DNA of 64,000 nucleotides from Chlorokybus atmophyticus (lineage: Eukaryota > Plantae > Mesostigma and Chlorokybus algae). Every line of letters starts with the position of its first letter. The first letter of the stretch is position 1. Below the pieces are notes generated by a model. That model had not been told where the DNA came from. It ran no database searches and saw nothing but the letters and a program-made list of their open reading frames with translations. The DNA is taken from NCBI GenBank assembly GCA_009103225.1, contig RHPI01002048.1, positions 62,001-126,000 on the forward strand, given 5' to 3'. Positions 12,498-25,748 of this stretch are shown in pieces. The position numbers were made by a program, and so were the translations under genes.

Positions 12498-14971
12498 CCA
12501 CATCAACAAAGCGCAGCTGGCACCATGCAAGAGTCAGTTGTAATTTGTTGTACCCCCTGCCATGTAGCAGCCCTTGAGCTTTGGTCGTAAGCAGCAACAA
12601 TGGGTTGACATGTACATACATGTAGTTTGTGTACAATATCTGTAGCTCGTGTACTGCAGCTGTGAGCTACAGCTGGCAGGAGTGCAGGTAGTTGACGCCC
12701 CAGGAATTAGCATGTAGTTGTTGTACATTTGCTCAGGCATGACACTGCTGTTGTATTATATAACTGGCGCATCATACGAACTTCCCTGGATATACTGTAT
12801 AGCAGCGCACAATCATATTACATTTGACACAGATGTCACTGCATGATTTTTTTGTCAATGCATGCTGATAGGGTGTCGGCGCATGTGACACAAGTCTGGC
12901 TGCAGCCCACGGTGCTGCACATCAGAGGTCACTTCCATGTACACACATCTCGTGCTTGGGACAGGTAATGGACTATGCTAAGACATGCATGGTACAGCCA
13001 TACATTTCTGCTGGCTGTCGTCGTCATTGTCGTTGGCACTTAGCTAGTTGCATTAGGCCCCTAGCTAAGCCCTCTGGTGAATCAAGCTCTGGGTGTGTGG
13101 TTATGCGTGTGGGTGCCATGTGTGAGACTGCCATGTGTGTGCCAAGGAATCGAAGGTGCTATTGCAAGCATGCAGTTTGCAGTCCTTGCTACATTTTGGG
13201 CATGCTCATGCACAAGTCATGGTAGTTGTGCTGACGCAACAACTATGCTCACACACGCACCTTAGTTTCACATACCCAACCATCGGGTCACGCACCTATG
13301 CTATCACACTACCACAACTCCACCTGTTCGACATGCATGCATGCATTTCAAGTCCGTCACCTGCACGCATGTGCAGCCAGTTAGTCTTCAACTTCTCGAT
13401 GGCAGCAAGGAGCACGAGCAGCAGACGGACTTCCACTTCCACTCTCCCGTTCTCCTCACCCACACCCTCACTCCCGCCGCCGTCCCCATGCAGTCCCGCA
13501 TCTTGCAACCCTCGTTGAGGGCCCCTCTGCCCTGGCCCTCTGCCTGCCCCTCTGCTCCGCCTCTCCCCCTCACGTCACCCTCGCTGCGCAGTGTGACTGT
13601 CAGCACTGCGGCGTGTACTGTCGCTGTGTCGTTGCTGGCAGTTAGGTGCTGCCGGTGGGGTTGGGTGGTGGGTTTGTGCTTGCATGCTTGGCATAGTGTA
13701 CATTGCATGAATGAAGCAGTCTATTAGATGTATGCATGCAGTCTTGCCATGGTCCTTGCATATGCATGCGTGGTACACGGGGTTTGGGCCGTAGGAGCAG
13801 TAAGGGAGGTAGATTACTAGCTGTGGTGACTGGTTAGCCCGGTGGTTGTATAAGCAAATGTTGGTGTTTGAGACTGAGGTGTGCTGTGCATGTCGCCTGC
13901 GCTGTTGGGTTCTATGCACCTTGTGCATGCCGCTAGTTGTGCCTTGCATCTCTAAACGCATGCACCTTTGTATAGAGGTGAGCTCCTGGACATGGGCTTG
14001 CTCTATGCTGCCTGCCAGTGATGCTGCTGAGGGGCCCAGTGCATCATTGTTGCTTTTACCGTTTTTGCTTGCTTGCTTGCTACTGCCATTGCCTAACGCT
14101 GACTTGTCCACTGTTCACTTACTGCTAGTATGACTGAGTATGCGTGTGCCTGGCATTTTGCGTTTTTTCTTCCATCCTTGCAGTCGACGCATTGTTTTTG
14201 ACTATGTACATGGCATAGGCTGACCATGCATCGCGGTGCAAAGTATCAAGGCATGTGCAGCGGGCGGCGGAGCTGACAAACCACCCCAAATATGGCAATC
14301 GTCGCAGGGCAGGTGGTTATATGTAGGGGCAACTGGTGATATGTAGGCACAGCAATCTCAGCGGCCACCGCAGGGATTGCTACTCTTCGCTGCCGGGCAG
14401 GGCCAGTGGCACCGGGCTCACCCACTACAGATGCGGCGCTAGCTAGCAAGATCATTAGTTGTCAGCTTTGCCGAGTCGCGTTAGTGTACTTGTGTTAGTT
14501 TGTGCGTGTGTAAAGAGCTTATGGCGCAGTGAAACACTGCAGAATTGCGATGTAGAAGACAGGTGGAAACTTTGGTTGCAAGCTACACACGCATGATGGA
14601 TCGCCCCATACTCGCAGTAACAGCACATACATCTGTGCACGCTTAGTAACGTGTTTGCTGATGTTGGTTTGCAATTGTGGCTGTTTTGAACATTCTGTGG
14701 AAGGGCCAGACTAGACTAACAGATGTGACAGGACCTGCAAAAGCGACTTGCAAGGCTGTTCTGGTATTGATTTTGGGAATGTTCCAGCTGAAATCACAAA
14801 CAAAGACTAGCGAGCAAATCAGGCAGCTAAGCTGACAAAAGCCTCGCCACCACGCCACCGCCTATCTAAAACCCATGTCTGCTGCCGCTGCGACTCTCCA
14901 CTGTAAACTGCACAACTGCGAGACAAACCGCTCCCCAGCCCATTACCCAAGACCACTGGTCCCTGCACAAT

Positions 14972-16529
14972 TCACTTCTTCTTGGCAGCAGACTTGGTCA
15001 CCTTGCCAGAAACATCCTTCTTGTTCACGGCCTTGATGACACCGACAGCCACTGTTTGTCGCATATCGCGCACGGCAAAGCGACCCAGTGGCGGGTAATC
15101 AGCGAAGGTCTCCACGCACATGGGCTTGGTCGGAATCATCTTCACAAAACCAGCATCGCCTGTCTTCAGGAACTTGGGCTCCTTCTCGAGCTCCTTGCCA
15201 GAGCGACGATCAACCTTGGTCATGAGCTCAGCAAACTTAACGGCAATATGGCATGTGTGGCAATCCAGCACTGGCGCGTAACCGTTGCCAATCTGGCCAG
15301 GGTGGTTCATCACAATGACTTGGGCAGTAAAGTCGGCGCATTCCTTTGCGGGGTCGTTCTTGGAGTCAGATGCGACAAATCCACGCTTCAGCTCCTTCAC
15401 AGACACGTTCTTGACGTTGAAGCCAACGTTGTCACCGGGGGCAGCCTCCAGCAGAGCCTCGTGATGCATCTCCACGGACTTGACCTCAGTGGACAGGCCA
15501 GATGGGGCAAAGGTAACGACCATGCCGGGCTTGATGACACCAGTCTCCACTCGGCCGACAGGTACCGTGCCAATACCACCGATCTTGTACACATCCTGAA
15601 GGGGAAGGCGCAGAGGCTTGTCTGATGGGCGCTTGGGCTCATCAATGGCATCCAGGGCATCCAGCAGGGTGGGGCCCTTGTACCACTCGAGGTTCTTGGA
15701 GCGGTCAATCATGTTGTCTCCCTCAAAGCCTGAGATGGGCACGAAGGGAATCTTGTCGGGGTTGTAGCCAACCTTCTTCAAGTAGTTAGACACCTCCTTC
15801 TTGATTTCCTCATAGCGAGCCTTGCTGTATTTGGGGGTAGTGGCGTCCATCTGCATGCACACAATACAAATGATTAGTACTAAACGATCAAGTAGCAATC
15901 ATGGCCAGATTGATGCATGGACGACTGCATACCTTGTTGCAACCGACAATCATCTGCTTCACACCAAGGGTGAAAGCAAGCAGGGCATGCTCACGGGTCT
16001 GGCCATCCTTGGAGATACCAGCCTCGAAACCACCCTGGGTAGAGTCGATAATAAGGACGGCGCAATCAGCCTGCAGCAATGGGAGACAGGTCAGCCTTGA
16101 GTACGCGGCATGCATACGAGAAAAGCAACGATGAGCTGCATGCTGCAACAGGTGGCATGCTGTGCACGAGATACAGCAGGCAGACACATGTGCGTGAAAG
16201 CACACCTGGGATGTCCCCGTAATCATGTTCTTGATGAAATCGCGATGGCCGGGGGCATCAATGACCGTGCAGTAGTACTTGGTGGTCTCGAACTTCCACA
16301 GGGCAATATCAATGGTGATACCACGCTCGCGCTCGGCCTTCAACTTGTCCAGCACCCAGGCGTACTTGAAAGAGCGCTTGTTCATCTCAGCAGCCTCCTT
16401 CTCAAAGCGCTCAATCACACGCTTGTCAATACCACCCAGCTTGTAGATCAAGTGGCCAGTGGTGGTCGACTTGCCAGAGTCGACGTGGCCAATGACCACG
16501 ATATTGATATGCACCTTCTCCTTACCCAT
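14972..16529 (-). CDS. EF1A: Elongation factor 1-alpha; exons 16529-16206, 16070-15933, 15850-14972 (446 aa)
   Basis: [33 protein letters not shown]…[12 protein letters not shown]…CNK|[13 protein letters not shown]…[25 protein letters not shown]. All exons are phase 0 with GT-AG. A 5' UTR intron lies at 16543-16848. Confidence 0.99.
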
Positions 16530-17699
16530 GGTGACTGGCTTTCTGAACGAGGAAAAGATAAGTTAGCAGTGGGCCAAGCAAGAGGCCAACGTGGAGTAGG
16601 CGTGCACCACCACCTACGTGCAGCAAACTACAAGTTCAACCAACAGCATCGGGCAACTCAGACAGTTGAATGCCGTCCAGGGCAGATGACAACAGCGACA
16701 TGCAACCACAGGCAGAGGGCAAACAGGCACTGGTGCATGGAACCCTACCGACAAGCGCACGGACGCCGACACCAGGCCACGCAACGACAAAGGCAGGGCC
16801 GCCTTTTGGACACACACACACACAGGGGGAACACAGGAGGCAACTCACCACTGACAAGCGCAGAGGCGCGGAAGAGTACACCGACACTACCGGCGGCGAC
16901 GGCGGCGACTTGAACAACAAACTACAGAGAGACCAACGAGGGCAGCCGCCGGCCGTCCTGTAGCCGACAGATTAGATCTGGGCCGTCCGCGTAGCAGCTT
17001 TGACGATCGGACGGCATCTGCCCGGTCTGCATGATGACAGCGGACGGCTGATGCGGCAGCACGGGCCCTTATCGGACGGTTTGCCAACATCAAGTGATCA
17101 CATGCCAAGCAAAAGTTTCTGTGCGGAAAGCGACGTTTAGTTAGCGCGGGCTTACAAGTCTGCCAGACTTTTGCATGTCCTGCTGGGTTGGACCAGATTT
17201 GCGGCTTGCGCCGCCACTCGGCAAGGGTTTCAACGCCGCCCGACTGCAAATCGCACGGCGAGCAGGCTGCTAGCCTGTGCGCTGCGCGCTCTGCGTATCC
17301 ATGTACCTCCACAAGCGGGCATTTATATGACTTTTGCGTGCCATGATCGGTCACATTCTGCATGGTGTGTTTCGTAACCTTCACCGCCGCCAGCAGAGCA
17401 ACGCAGAGGAGCGCGGCCTTCGTTGAGCCTTCTGGCGGCGGATATCTGGCATCCACACCCGATCGGCAGAACCGGTTCTGCAGAACTTGTCCTTATTACA
17501 GCTCATACACAAGGCCTGACTCAGGATACAATACGACGGATCCCAGGACCCTCCAGGTTGGTAAAGTAACGTCGACAACGCCTTGACATCGACGTTGTCG
17601 GCGCTTATGCACCGTTGATGGCAAGGTCTTGGTGCATTCGGGCCGTTGGATAGGATGGCGGCGATATCGGTGCTGCAGCCGCAAAGCGCGGGCCTGGGC

Positions 17700-17707
17700 T
17701 AGGGTTT
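17700..17707 (-). promoter_or_regulatory. Telo-box (AAACCCTA) upstream of RPL4, with nearby GGGCC/TGGGCT site-II-like motifs
   Basis: TAGGGTTT at 17700-17707, about 60 bp before the RPL4 ATG, preceded by GGGCCTGGGCT. This arrangement is established for plant translation-apparatus promoters. Confidence 0.65.
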
Positions 17708-17765
17708 GGTCTCTTTGGCGACACCGGCGGTGTAAGCGGCGGCGGCGTCGGGCCCGCCCGCAGCG

Positions 17766-19804
17766 ATGGCGGCGTCGAGGCCCCTGGTGACGGTGCAAGC
17801 AGTGGATGGGGCGGCTGCCTCAGGGGAACAGGTGCCGCTTCCGGCCGTGATGGTTGCCCCCATCAGGCCGGATGTGGTTGCCTACGTGCACACCAGCGTT
17901 GCGAAGAATGCTCGCCAGCCTTACGCCGTTAGCCGCAAGGCTGGCCATCAGACGTCCGCCGAGTCATGGGGAACGGGAAGGGCTGTGTCACGTATCCCTC
18001 GTGTGCCTGGTGGTGGTACCCACCGCGCTGGGCAGGGTGCCTTCGGTAACATGTGCCGCGGTGGACGCATGTTTGCACCCACCCAGACCTGGCGCCGCTG
18101 GCATCGCAAGGTACAGCTGTTGGATCACAATTCACTGTCCGAAACATTTGTTCACAGCCAATTGGCTTAGTTCAAACGATCGCACATTCACTACTGTAAG
18201 ACGCATGCCTTCATGTGTTGGATCACAATGTACTGTCCGAAACATTTGCTCACAGCCAATTGGCTTAGTTCAAACGATCGCACATTCACTACTGTAAGAC
18301 GCATGCCTTCATGTGTACGAAGAAGCACTGCATAGTACAAATCAACACTGCCTGTCGAAATTATCTGCAACTGATGGCGGTGTATGTAGGTTGTGCAGGA
18401 GTTTAAGCGGTTTTTGAATATAACTATATAACTTTATGTACATGTGCACGAATTTTGCATTGTATTGTACAGATCTGTGTGCCAGGTCTGTGTGCCGTGA
18501 TCAGGAGCGTCCTGTCAGTACCTAACAACGTGCTGTAGGCTTCACATGACAAGCTAGTTATGCATAGCCACCATTGCTTGCGTTGTCAATGTTCTACCTT
18601 GGTTGCAACCGTCGGTTATGAGCATGCGCGCCGCATTGCAGATAACAAAGTTGAGACGCCATGTCACCCGTTGTTGAGGCATGCACTGTGGGCCTCCATA
18701 TATTATTTCTGTCGAATGCAGGTGCCGAGTTCTCAAAAGTCTTGTTGTCCTTGCGCAGGTCAGTGTTGGCCAGAAGCGCTATGCGGTTTGCTCTGCACTC
18801 GCTGCCTGTGCTCTTCCTTCCCTTGTGATGGCTCGTGGACACAAGATCGAGGCTGTTCCTGAGCTGCCGCTGGTTCTGGACGACACTGTGGAGTCATTGA
18901 CTAAGACTTCCAAGGCTCTGGAGACACTGAAGAAGATTGGTGCATACGCTGATGTTTCCAAGGTCAAGTCCAGCCGCAACATTCGCCGCGGAAAGGGAAA
19001 GCTTAGGAACAGGCGTTACGTGCAGCGCCGCGGCCCGCTGATTGTGTATGCCAACGACAACGGTGTCTCGAAAGTGAGTTGCATGGGGTTATTTCATTGA
19101 CAGCATTTGTTTAAACTGGTACTATGTGGTCACTTGCTGATATATGCATCCTTTACAGGCGTTCCGCAACCTGCCCGGTGTTGAGGTGTGCCATGTGGAT
19201 CGTCTCAACCTGCTCCAGCTCGCTCCCGGTGGTCACCTTGGTCGGTTTGTCGTGTGGACCAAGTCAGCCTTTGAGAAGTTGGACGCTATCTATGGCACGC
19301 AGACTGAGGCCAGCCAGCTCAAGAAGGGCTGGAAGCTGCCCCGTGCTTGCATGACCAACAGCGACTTGGCTCGCATTATCAACAGTGATGAGATCCAGAG
19401 CGTTGTGCGACCAACCATCCAGCCCAGTGAAGCTGCCAACCCCAGGCTTCTAAAGAAGAATCCCCTCAAGAACTTGGGCGCCCTTCTCAAGCTCAACCCC
19501 TATGCCAAGACTGCCCGCCGCATGGAGCTGCGTGCTCAGGTGTGTGACCAGTGTCAGCCAGCTTTTCCTGCAGTCATGTGGATTGCAAGTTCACTTCTAA
19601 TCTGACTTGTGTGTTGCTTGGTACCATCCTCAGGCTCAGCGTGCAGCTGCCAAGGAACAGGCTCTGACCAAGAAGCGATCTAACCCAGAAGGCAAGGCTG
19701 CTGGCAAGAAATTCTACGATACAATGATCTCCGACTCGGATTACACGCAGTTTGATGTGTTCCAGCGGTGGCTCACGGTTGAGTCCACGGTCAAGGCTAT
19801 CTAA
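17766..19804 (+). CDS. RPL4: 60S ribosomal protein L4 (uL4); exons 17766-18110, 18759-19073, 19159-19539, 19634-19804
   Basis: [10 protein letters not shown]…[48 protein letters not shown]…[11 protein letters not shown]…[13 protein letters not shown]…KKNPLKN…KLNPYAK; GT-AG introns. Confidence 0.99.
18118..18313. repeat. 98-bp tandem duplication in RPL4 intron 1
   Basis: Units 18118-18215 and 18216-18313 differ at 3 positions. Confidence 0.95.
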
Positions 19805-21857
19805 ACGCTCTGTTGCATTGCACCGCCTGTACTTGATTGACATTTTGTGTGTAAGTAACCATTGTGATCACTGTGATCCAACCTGCACTGCGAATGATTC
19901 TAATGGCTTGTGGTTAGTGCGACCTGTATTGTGGCATCAATCTGTCACCCTATGGTTGGATAGCTAATTGTGAGCCCGGCGGTGGTGTCACAGGCATTGA
20001 TGGTAAATGTGTATGACTGCTACTTGCTCGTGCGTGCTGGTTAGCAGACATGTACAGGATATGCTCGAGGCAGTTTGTGTGTGCTTGCTTATTGCATGTG
20101 CAGCATGTCTGTTGCACCTGTTGTACCCTACTGTGCTGTGCCAGCCTTGCGCGTCCATTCTGACCAGATGTGCTCGCAGCCATATTCCGAGAGATATTTC
20201 TGGGACTGCATGAATCTATTAGCAAAACTGTAAGTACTTGGAAAAAACATATGCACCAATGTGCGGGCCGATGTTGTCTTTCAATGGACCTCAGCATCCA
20301 TGCAATGTTAAAATGCGTATGAGATGAGACGCGATAATGTTGTTATTTGTTTGTTGTCACAGCAGTTGTGGTCACAACGGCAGTGACAGCATTTATTGCC
20401 TCTCCCACGTCGTTGTTGTGTATATGATGCAACGAATGTGAGTATCCTTGTATTGGACGCTTTATAATCCCGCATCCCGCTTGAGCGCAAACCATTACCC
20501 ATTTACTTGAGCTTCAATCAGTTCATAAGGCACCCCGTGAATGGCGGCCATCCAAGTGATGCCTCATGAATGCTGCAATTGCTATTGATATGTATTACAC
20601 ATGTGAATATCCTTATAAGGTCATGTAGTGTTCACCAACTGCACATGTTTTCTTCAACTTGTCTTGGACTTGTACATTACATAATACACTCTTTTTGCAA
20701 ATGTATTGCAACAGGTATGCTGCCTCGCATGCATACCAATTGCGAAAACATGGTTATCCGTGTAGCACAATTCAAGTACAAAGGATGCAACATATGTGCT
20801 TAAGCGAACATGTTTATAAAACACAGTACGTACATGTGCGGATGTGTTTACTGCCTACTTGCGTGTGAGGTTGTGTGTTGATTGTGTATCAGAAAGCATG
20901 TAGGTATGGTGGCAGCACTAGTAGTGAACGCTTATATGTCAATCATAATACAGAGCACACACGGGCTTTATTGACTTAAAATAAAGCGTGTTATCGAGCT
21001 GAGTTCAAAAATGAGTTTCAAATTCACTACGTATCAATGGTCTTATGGGGCTTATAGGCTTTAAGAACAACACAAGGGGCGGTCACAGTTATGGTTGGTG
21101 ACCATTACAATGGTCTTAATAGAATTGTGTTCTATTCAATACTATAAACTTTTTCATCACGTGAAACGTAACCCACACATTTACCCCTCACTAAAAACAT
21201 AGCATAGTTTTGTGACCCGCTTTCTACTCTTTTAATTAATTACATACAAAGTTGTATATACATTCATAAATGCTCAGCACATGTCATGTTTATCTGCATG
21301 ACGTAAAGCTACGTACAAAGTGCAGAAAGCATGTGAGCTTAACGTAGTAAACGGTTGGTTAATGTTGCATGTTCAATTGATACATGGAGTCTATCACGAC
21401 TCGTGAATTCTCACAAAGTTCCTCACGCCCATAAAAGAGTATCGGAGTAACTGTCATGATCGACCAAGTTGCATTCGTCCTGTGGGAACCTGCCCACCGG
21501 GAAGGCCTACTGAGGTCTCTAACACCAGTAAGGGATTTTGCTCGGGCGGGGTACGAGTCATACCGTGTGACACTTTATGATTCAACAACCTTCGGAACGC
21601 TCCAAACCACCACAGCATGCACCACCTAGTTCATCATGCACAAGCGTTCCGTTTTACCCCAAGTATGAGCCACACATTGATAACCGGGAGATGGCTCCCA
21701 CGTGCACGGCAGTGAGGCGTCCACGTCGAATTGAGCGATATCCATGCCCGCCTACCTGTTCCTGTCGTTCGCTGGCGCGGAGACGGCGGCGGCGGTGGTG
21801 GTCGTGTGAGGTCCAAGCGTGAGGTTGTCAGTGTAGGCGGGATCAGCTGGGGAGGGA

Positions 21858-22716
21858 ATGGCGACGGTGTGCAGCAGTACAGCAGTGGTGGGTCTGACGC
21901 TGCCTTCACGGCCAGCGGCGGCGCTGCGCCAGCAACGGCGGCAGCCGGTGAGATGCCAGGCCATGGCGGAGCAGCCTGTGAACAGGCCCACGCTCAAGAC
22001 GCCCACACCGCCGTCAGCGCCGGCCCCTTCTTCATCCACACCACCCGTTGCAGCTAAACCGTAAGCGAGACACATATATACTACCCCAATGCACAGCAGA
22101 TTGTTGAATCGTGCAGCAAGAAAGTGCCGAAAACATCAATGCAGTGCATGGTGTGTTTGTGTGTGTGTGATCCCTCTCTTGCATTGACATCTGTTTGCCT
22201 GTTTTTTGCTTCTGCAGTAGTGTGGTCACTGTGGAAGCGCAGAGGCAGATCGCCAAGCAGATGGTGGCTTACTTTGAGAACCTCAAGTATGAGCAGGAGG
22301 TGGAGAAGAACAGGTAACGATGGACTGGTTGTCAGTTCGTGTGGTAACGCCCAACTCTGCTTGCCGTCATTTCTCATAGCACACTTGCAGGTTAATGTCA
22401 TGCGTGCTCTGAGATTGCTCACTGCAGTGTGCATTGCTACGCAGGATCTTCGGTTTCTCGAGGAAAAATGAGGTTGGCAATGGCAGGTGAGACATTGCCA
22501 TTGGCCAGAACAAGTAGTGTGTGGTTTAGTTTGCAAACTCCGACAGCATTGCGTACTTTATATACTTCCTCTTCTAACTTTGCTTGCTTGCACTTCAGGT
22601 GGGCGATGTTTGGTTTCTTCGTCGGCCTTTTGACCGAGTACGCAACGGGCGTGGATTTTGTGGGCCAGCTCAAGCTCATAATTGCCAACCTTGGCATTGC
22701 GGACATTGCAGGCTAG
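21858..22716 (+). CDS. OHP2: One-helix protein 2 (LHC-like, chloroplast-targeted); exons 21858-22060, 22218-22313, 22445-22486, 22599-22716
   Basis: Transit-peptide-like N-terminus, then VVTVEAQRQIAKQMVAYFENLKYE…IFGFSRKNEVGNGRWAMFGFFVGLLTEYATGVDFVGQLKLIIANLGI. This matches the OHP2 pattern (E.QRQ.AK..Y F…NE..NGRWAMFGF.VG.LTEYATG.D). Confidence 0.95.
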
Positions 22717-23297
22717 TCTTATTGTACTATACTATCAGTACTATGTAATCCTTCCCTTCCTTTTTGCGTTAAGTATCCTTGAATTTTAATGCGGCGGACG
22801 TGCGCATCAGCGCACACTCACTTGCTGGCCAGTCATTCACCATTTTTACAAATGCTGTCACCACGTTTTCACAGGCTGAGGTTGTTACAGTTTCAATAAG
22901 ATCACATCTGTGTTACGTGTTCACATTGGGACTGTGACTGGCGTTGTTTGACACAAGGCAACATGCCTGGCTCAGACAATATGCATGTTGCCAGCACTCA
23001 GTAATGGATTTAGACTGATGCACCCACTTGATTGGAAAACTGGTGGATTGGACTTGATTGAAGGCGCGGTGCTACACAGCCTGTGTTGTTTCGAGCCTAG
23101 TCCACTAACAAAACCATGGTGTGGAGACAACACCACAAAGGCCTACACTACAGCCCGGCCACAATGCGCGCATTGCAGCTTCTAAGAATTGTTGAATTGA
23201 TTGTCTTGTCCTACCATGTTACATACAGGCCTGGTAATCACATCAGGCCCTTATTGAGGAGCAACACAGCTGCTTGCAGCGCGAATTGCGCTTCTAG

Positions 23298-25575
23298 TCA
23301 TGCGGTGATGACTGAAAAGGGTGACTCAGGGCGTGCCTGGCCTAGTCGAGGAGACCGCGGCAGTCCAGGGGAGCGCTTGGGTGACAAGGTTGGCGAGGTG
23401 TATGACGGTGATCTCGGTGTTCTCACATCGCCGAGCAGCACTTCATCAACCTGTGGTACGAAGTTCAATTTAATACACACGTTCTCAACAAGTCCAAGTC
23501 CAAAGCTTTCTAAGACTTGTTGCACACAAAGACTGCGTGTGATGCGTGAAAAGGCACTAACTAACTCGCACCAGTTGGTCATAATTCATTGCAATCACGG
23601 ATGCGAATGAGGAAGCCTCCCAAAGGAGTAGCTGCTGCGTGTCTGATGGCGGCTGGCTTGCAACAATAATGTTGCTTGCCGGTGAGGCTTGTGATGTTTT
23701 CTCTGCGGGCGCTGCCTCCTGCACTGCCTTGGTTCTTACTGGTCTTGGCCGGTCCACGCCATCCAGCAACGTCTGCACATCAAAGTTCGGCTTATCATCC
23801 CCAATATTTCAACATAGCAATTGACATGTATAGAATGCCAACTTGGCATGATGTTGTTAGGACTCACCTTGCTCAGACCAGTGCTGTTGAAATCAATGCC
23901 TGATGCGGATATTGCAGTAGTAATAGCTTCCGTGTCATAGTTGACGGCTTCCGTGGGAATCAAGATGATATCAGCTGGCGCATAATTCATGCGTCGGGTT
24001 GCTGCAACGCTCTCATTCTTGACAGCCATTGTAGTGGTGTTGGGCAAGACGTTCTCCTTCCCGGCATCGTCTTCATCGTCACTATCAACGACTCTGAGCC
24101 CTGCTGCTTCAGCCTGGTGACTGTTGTTGCGGCGATGATTGTTGTTGTCTTCCTGATCCCCACCGCTGCTGCCACCGCCACCACCAACACCATTCCCAGT
24201 GATTGTGCTTCGCCCAATAGTGTGGCCATTCGCTTGGTTGTTAGTTGAGCCCGACCTCGCATTGCCATTTGTGCTGCGTGTTTGCTGATTGGCAGCGCCG
24301 TTGCTCTGAGCGCTGCCTCTGCGTGTGTTGTTGCCACTGCCGGCTTCGGGTGCATCCACACTCTGCTTGTTGCTGCTGTTGTTGTCTGTTGAGTTTGTCC
24401 ACGTTGTGGACTGTTGAGGCTGCTGCGAGTCTGCTGCAATTGAGTGGTAGCGGTGAGCGTAATGCGGGAGGCTGCTTGTAGATACTCGCCTCAACTGCGG
24501 CGCTGCACTTGCTTCTACTTCTCCCACACCTTTGCTGTCCGCGGTGGTTGTTGAAAGCGTGCACGTGAACCCCTGCAACGCTTCCCTCTCAATCCGACGC
24601 TGTGTCGATGTCCTGTCACCTTTTCTTACTGACCGCAGCAGTGACTGCCAACAACACGCCAATATATCAGTTCACGCCGCATGTACAGGTTTCTGGACAA
24701 AGTTTTGTCATGTTTGCAATGCAGGGTGTCAAATGCTATGACCACCACGCACCTGATTGCGATAGGGACCGAGGGCTCGTGCTCGCTCGCGCTCTCGCCG
24801 CTCGTGAGTTGTGTCAGCGGATCGCGGTCGTCGCATCAGCAGGGAGCGCTCTTCCAGAAGGCCACTCAACAACGAGGGGTTGTCGCCGACGCCTTCCACT
24901 TCTTCCACCGCGCCAAAATGCGTCGGAGAAGGCGTGCGCGATGGCCAGGTTGTACTGCGTGTGACACGCCGTGATGACGGCGCAGCGGGTGCCAGCATTA
25001 TACGGCTGATGTCAATATCAACTTGCTGCATGCGGCCTGAGATGGTTGTCGGGGGCGCAGAGCGCACTCGGATTGATGGTGAACGCTCAGCACTGGTCAC
25101 GATCGGGGAGGATCCAACACGCCCTATTTTGAGGACGACAGCGAATAACCAGGCAGCTTGGGCAGTGTGTCAATGCACGACCTTTCATGCAGTGCTGAGG
25201 ATGGCATATGTATCTCTCTGTGCGTGCCTGTTTGCATGCATACGTGCGTGCGTGCGTTTGTGCGTGCGTGCGTGTGCGTGAGTGTGTACAAGACTTCACG
25301 ACCAAAACGCCAACAAGCTGAGCTAATGCAGTGCCACAATCAGATTGCAAGTGGTGCTGTATGATTGTCTTCAGTACAGTGCAACTCTCGTACCTCTTGC
25401 TGGGGAAGCGGGTCTTACTACAGTGCGAGGTTTCGCTTCATCAACTGGTGGCGTCCAGGCAATCGAGACAGGGTGAACATTCTGCAAGCGGTCTGGTCTT
25501 TTAGCTATAATGGCGGCGACGGCTCTGGCAGCCGCGCCTTGCGCTGAGATGTCCGGAGAAGGCTGCTTAGTCAGG

Positions 25576-25608
<33 letters not shown>

Positions 25609-25748
25609 CTCTGCCTTAGCGGGCTGGTCTTCCCTGCAATCGCCTTCGCAGGAGACACAGGCCGGTAGTTGCGTGCTGCTCGGCCGCGGTTGCTCAAACG
25701 TTGCTGCGGTGGCATTGTGTACACGTCATCGCGCTGCTCCACACCCAT
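23298..25748 (-). CDS. Large low-complexity (Ser/Arg/Pro/Gln/Asn-rich) hypothetical protein, multi-exon
   Basis: Long open exons (25748-25390, about 25110-24740, 308-aa ORF 24662-23736, 23778-23610, 23460-23298) are joined by plausible GT-AG introns. A (CAG)n polyQ lies at about 25575-25605. No domain recognised. Confidence 0.55.

Noticed and set aside
12900-14640. Possible minus-strand gene (…VEVEVRLLLVLLAAIEKLKTNW…; MDKSALGNGSS…)
   Set aside because: Coding-looking fragments with no consistent splice model or homology.
15056-16913. Long plus-strand ORFs (189 and 267 aa) opposite EF1A, and similar antisense ORFs over other genes
   Set aside because: Shadow frames of GC3-biased coding sequence.
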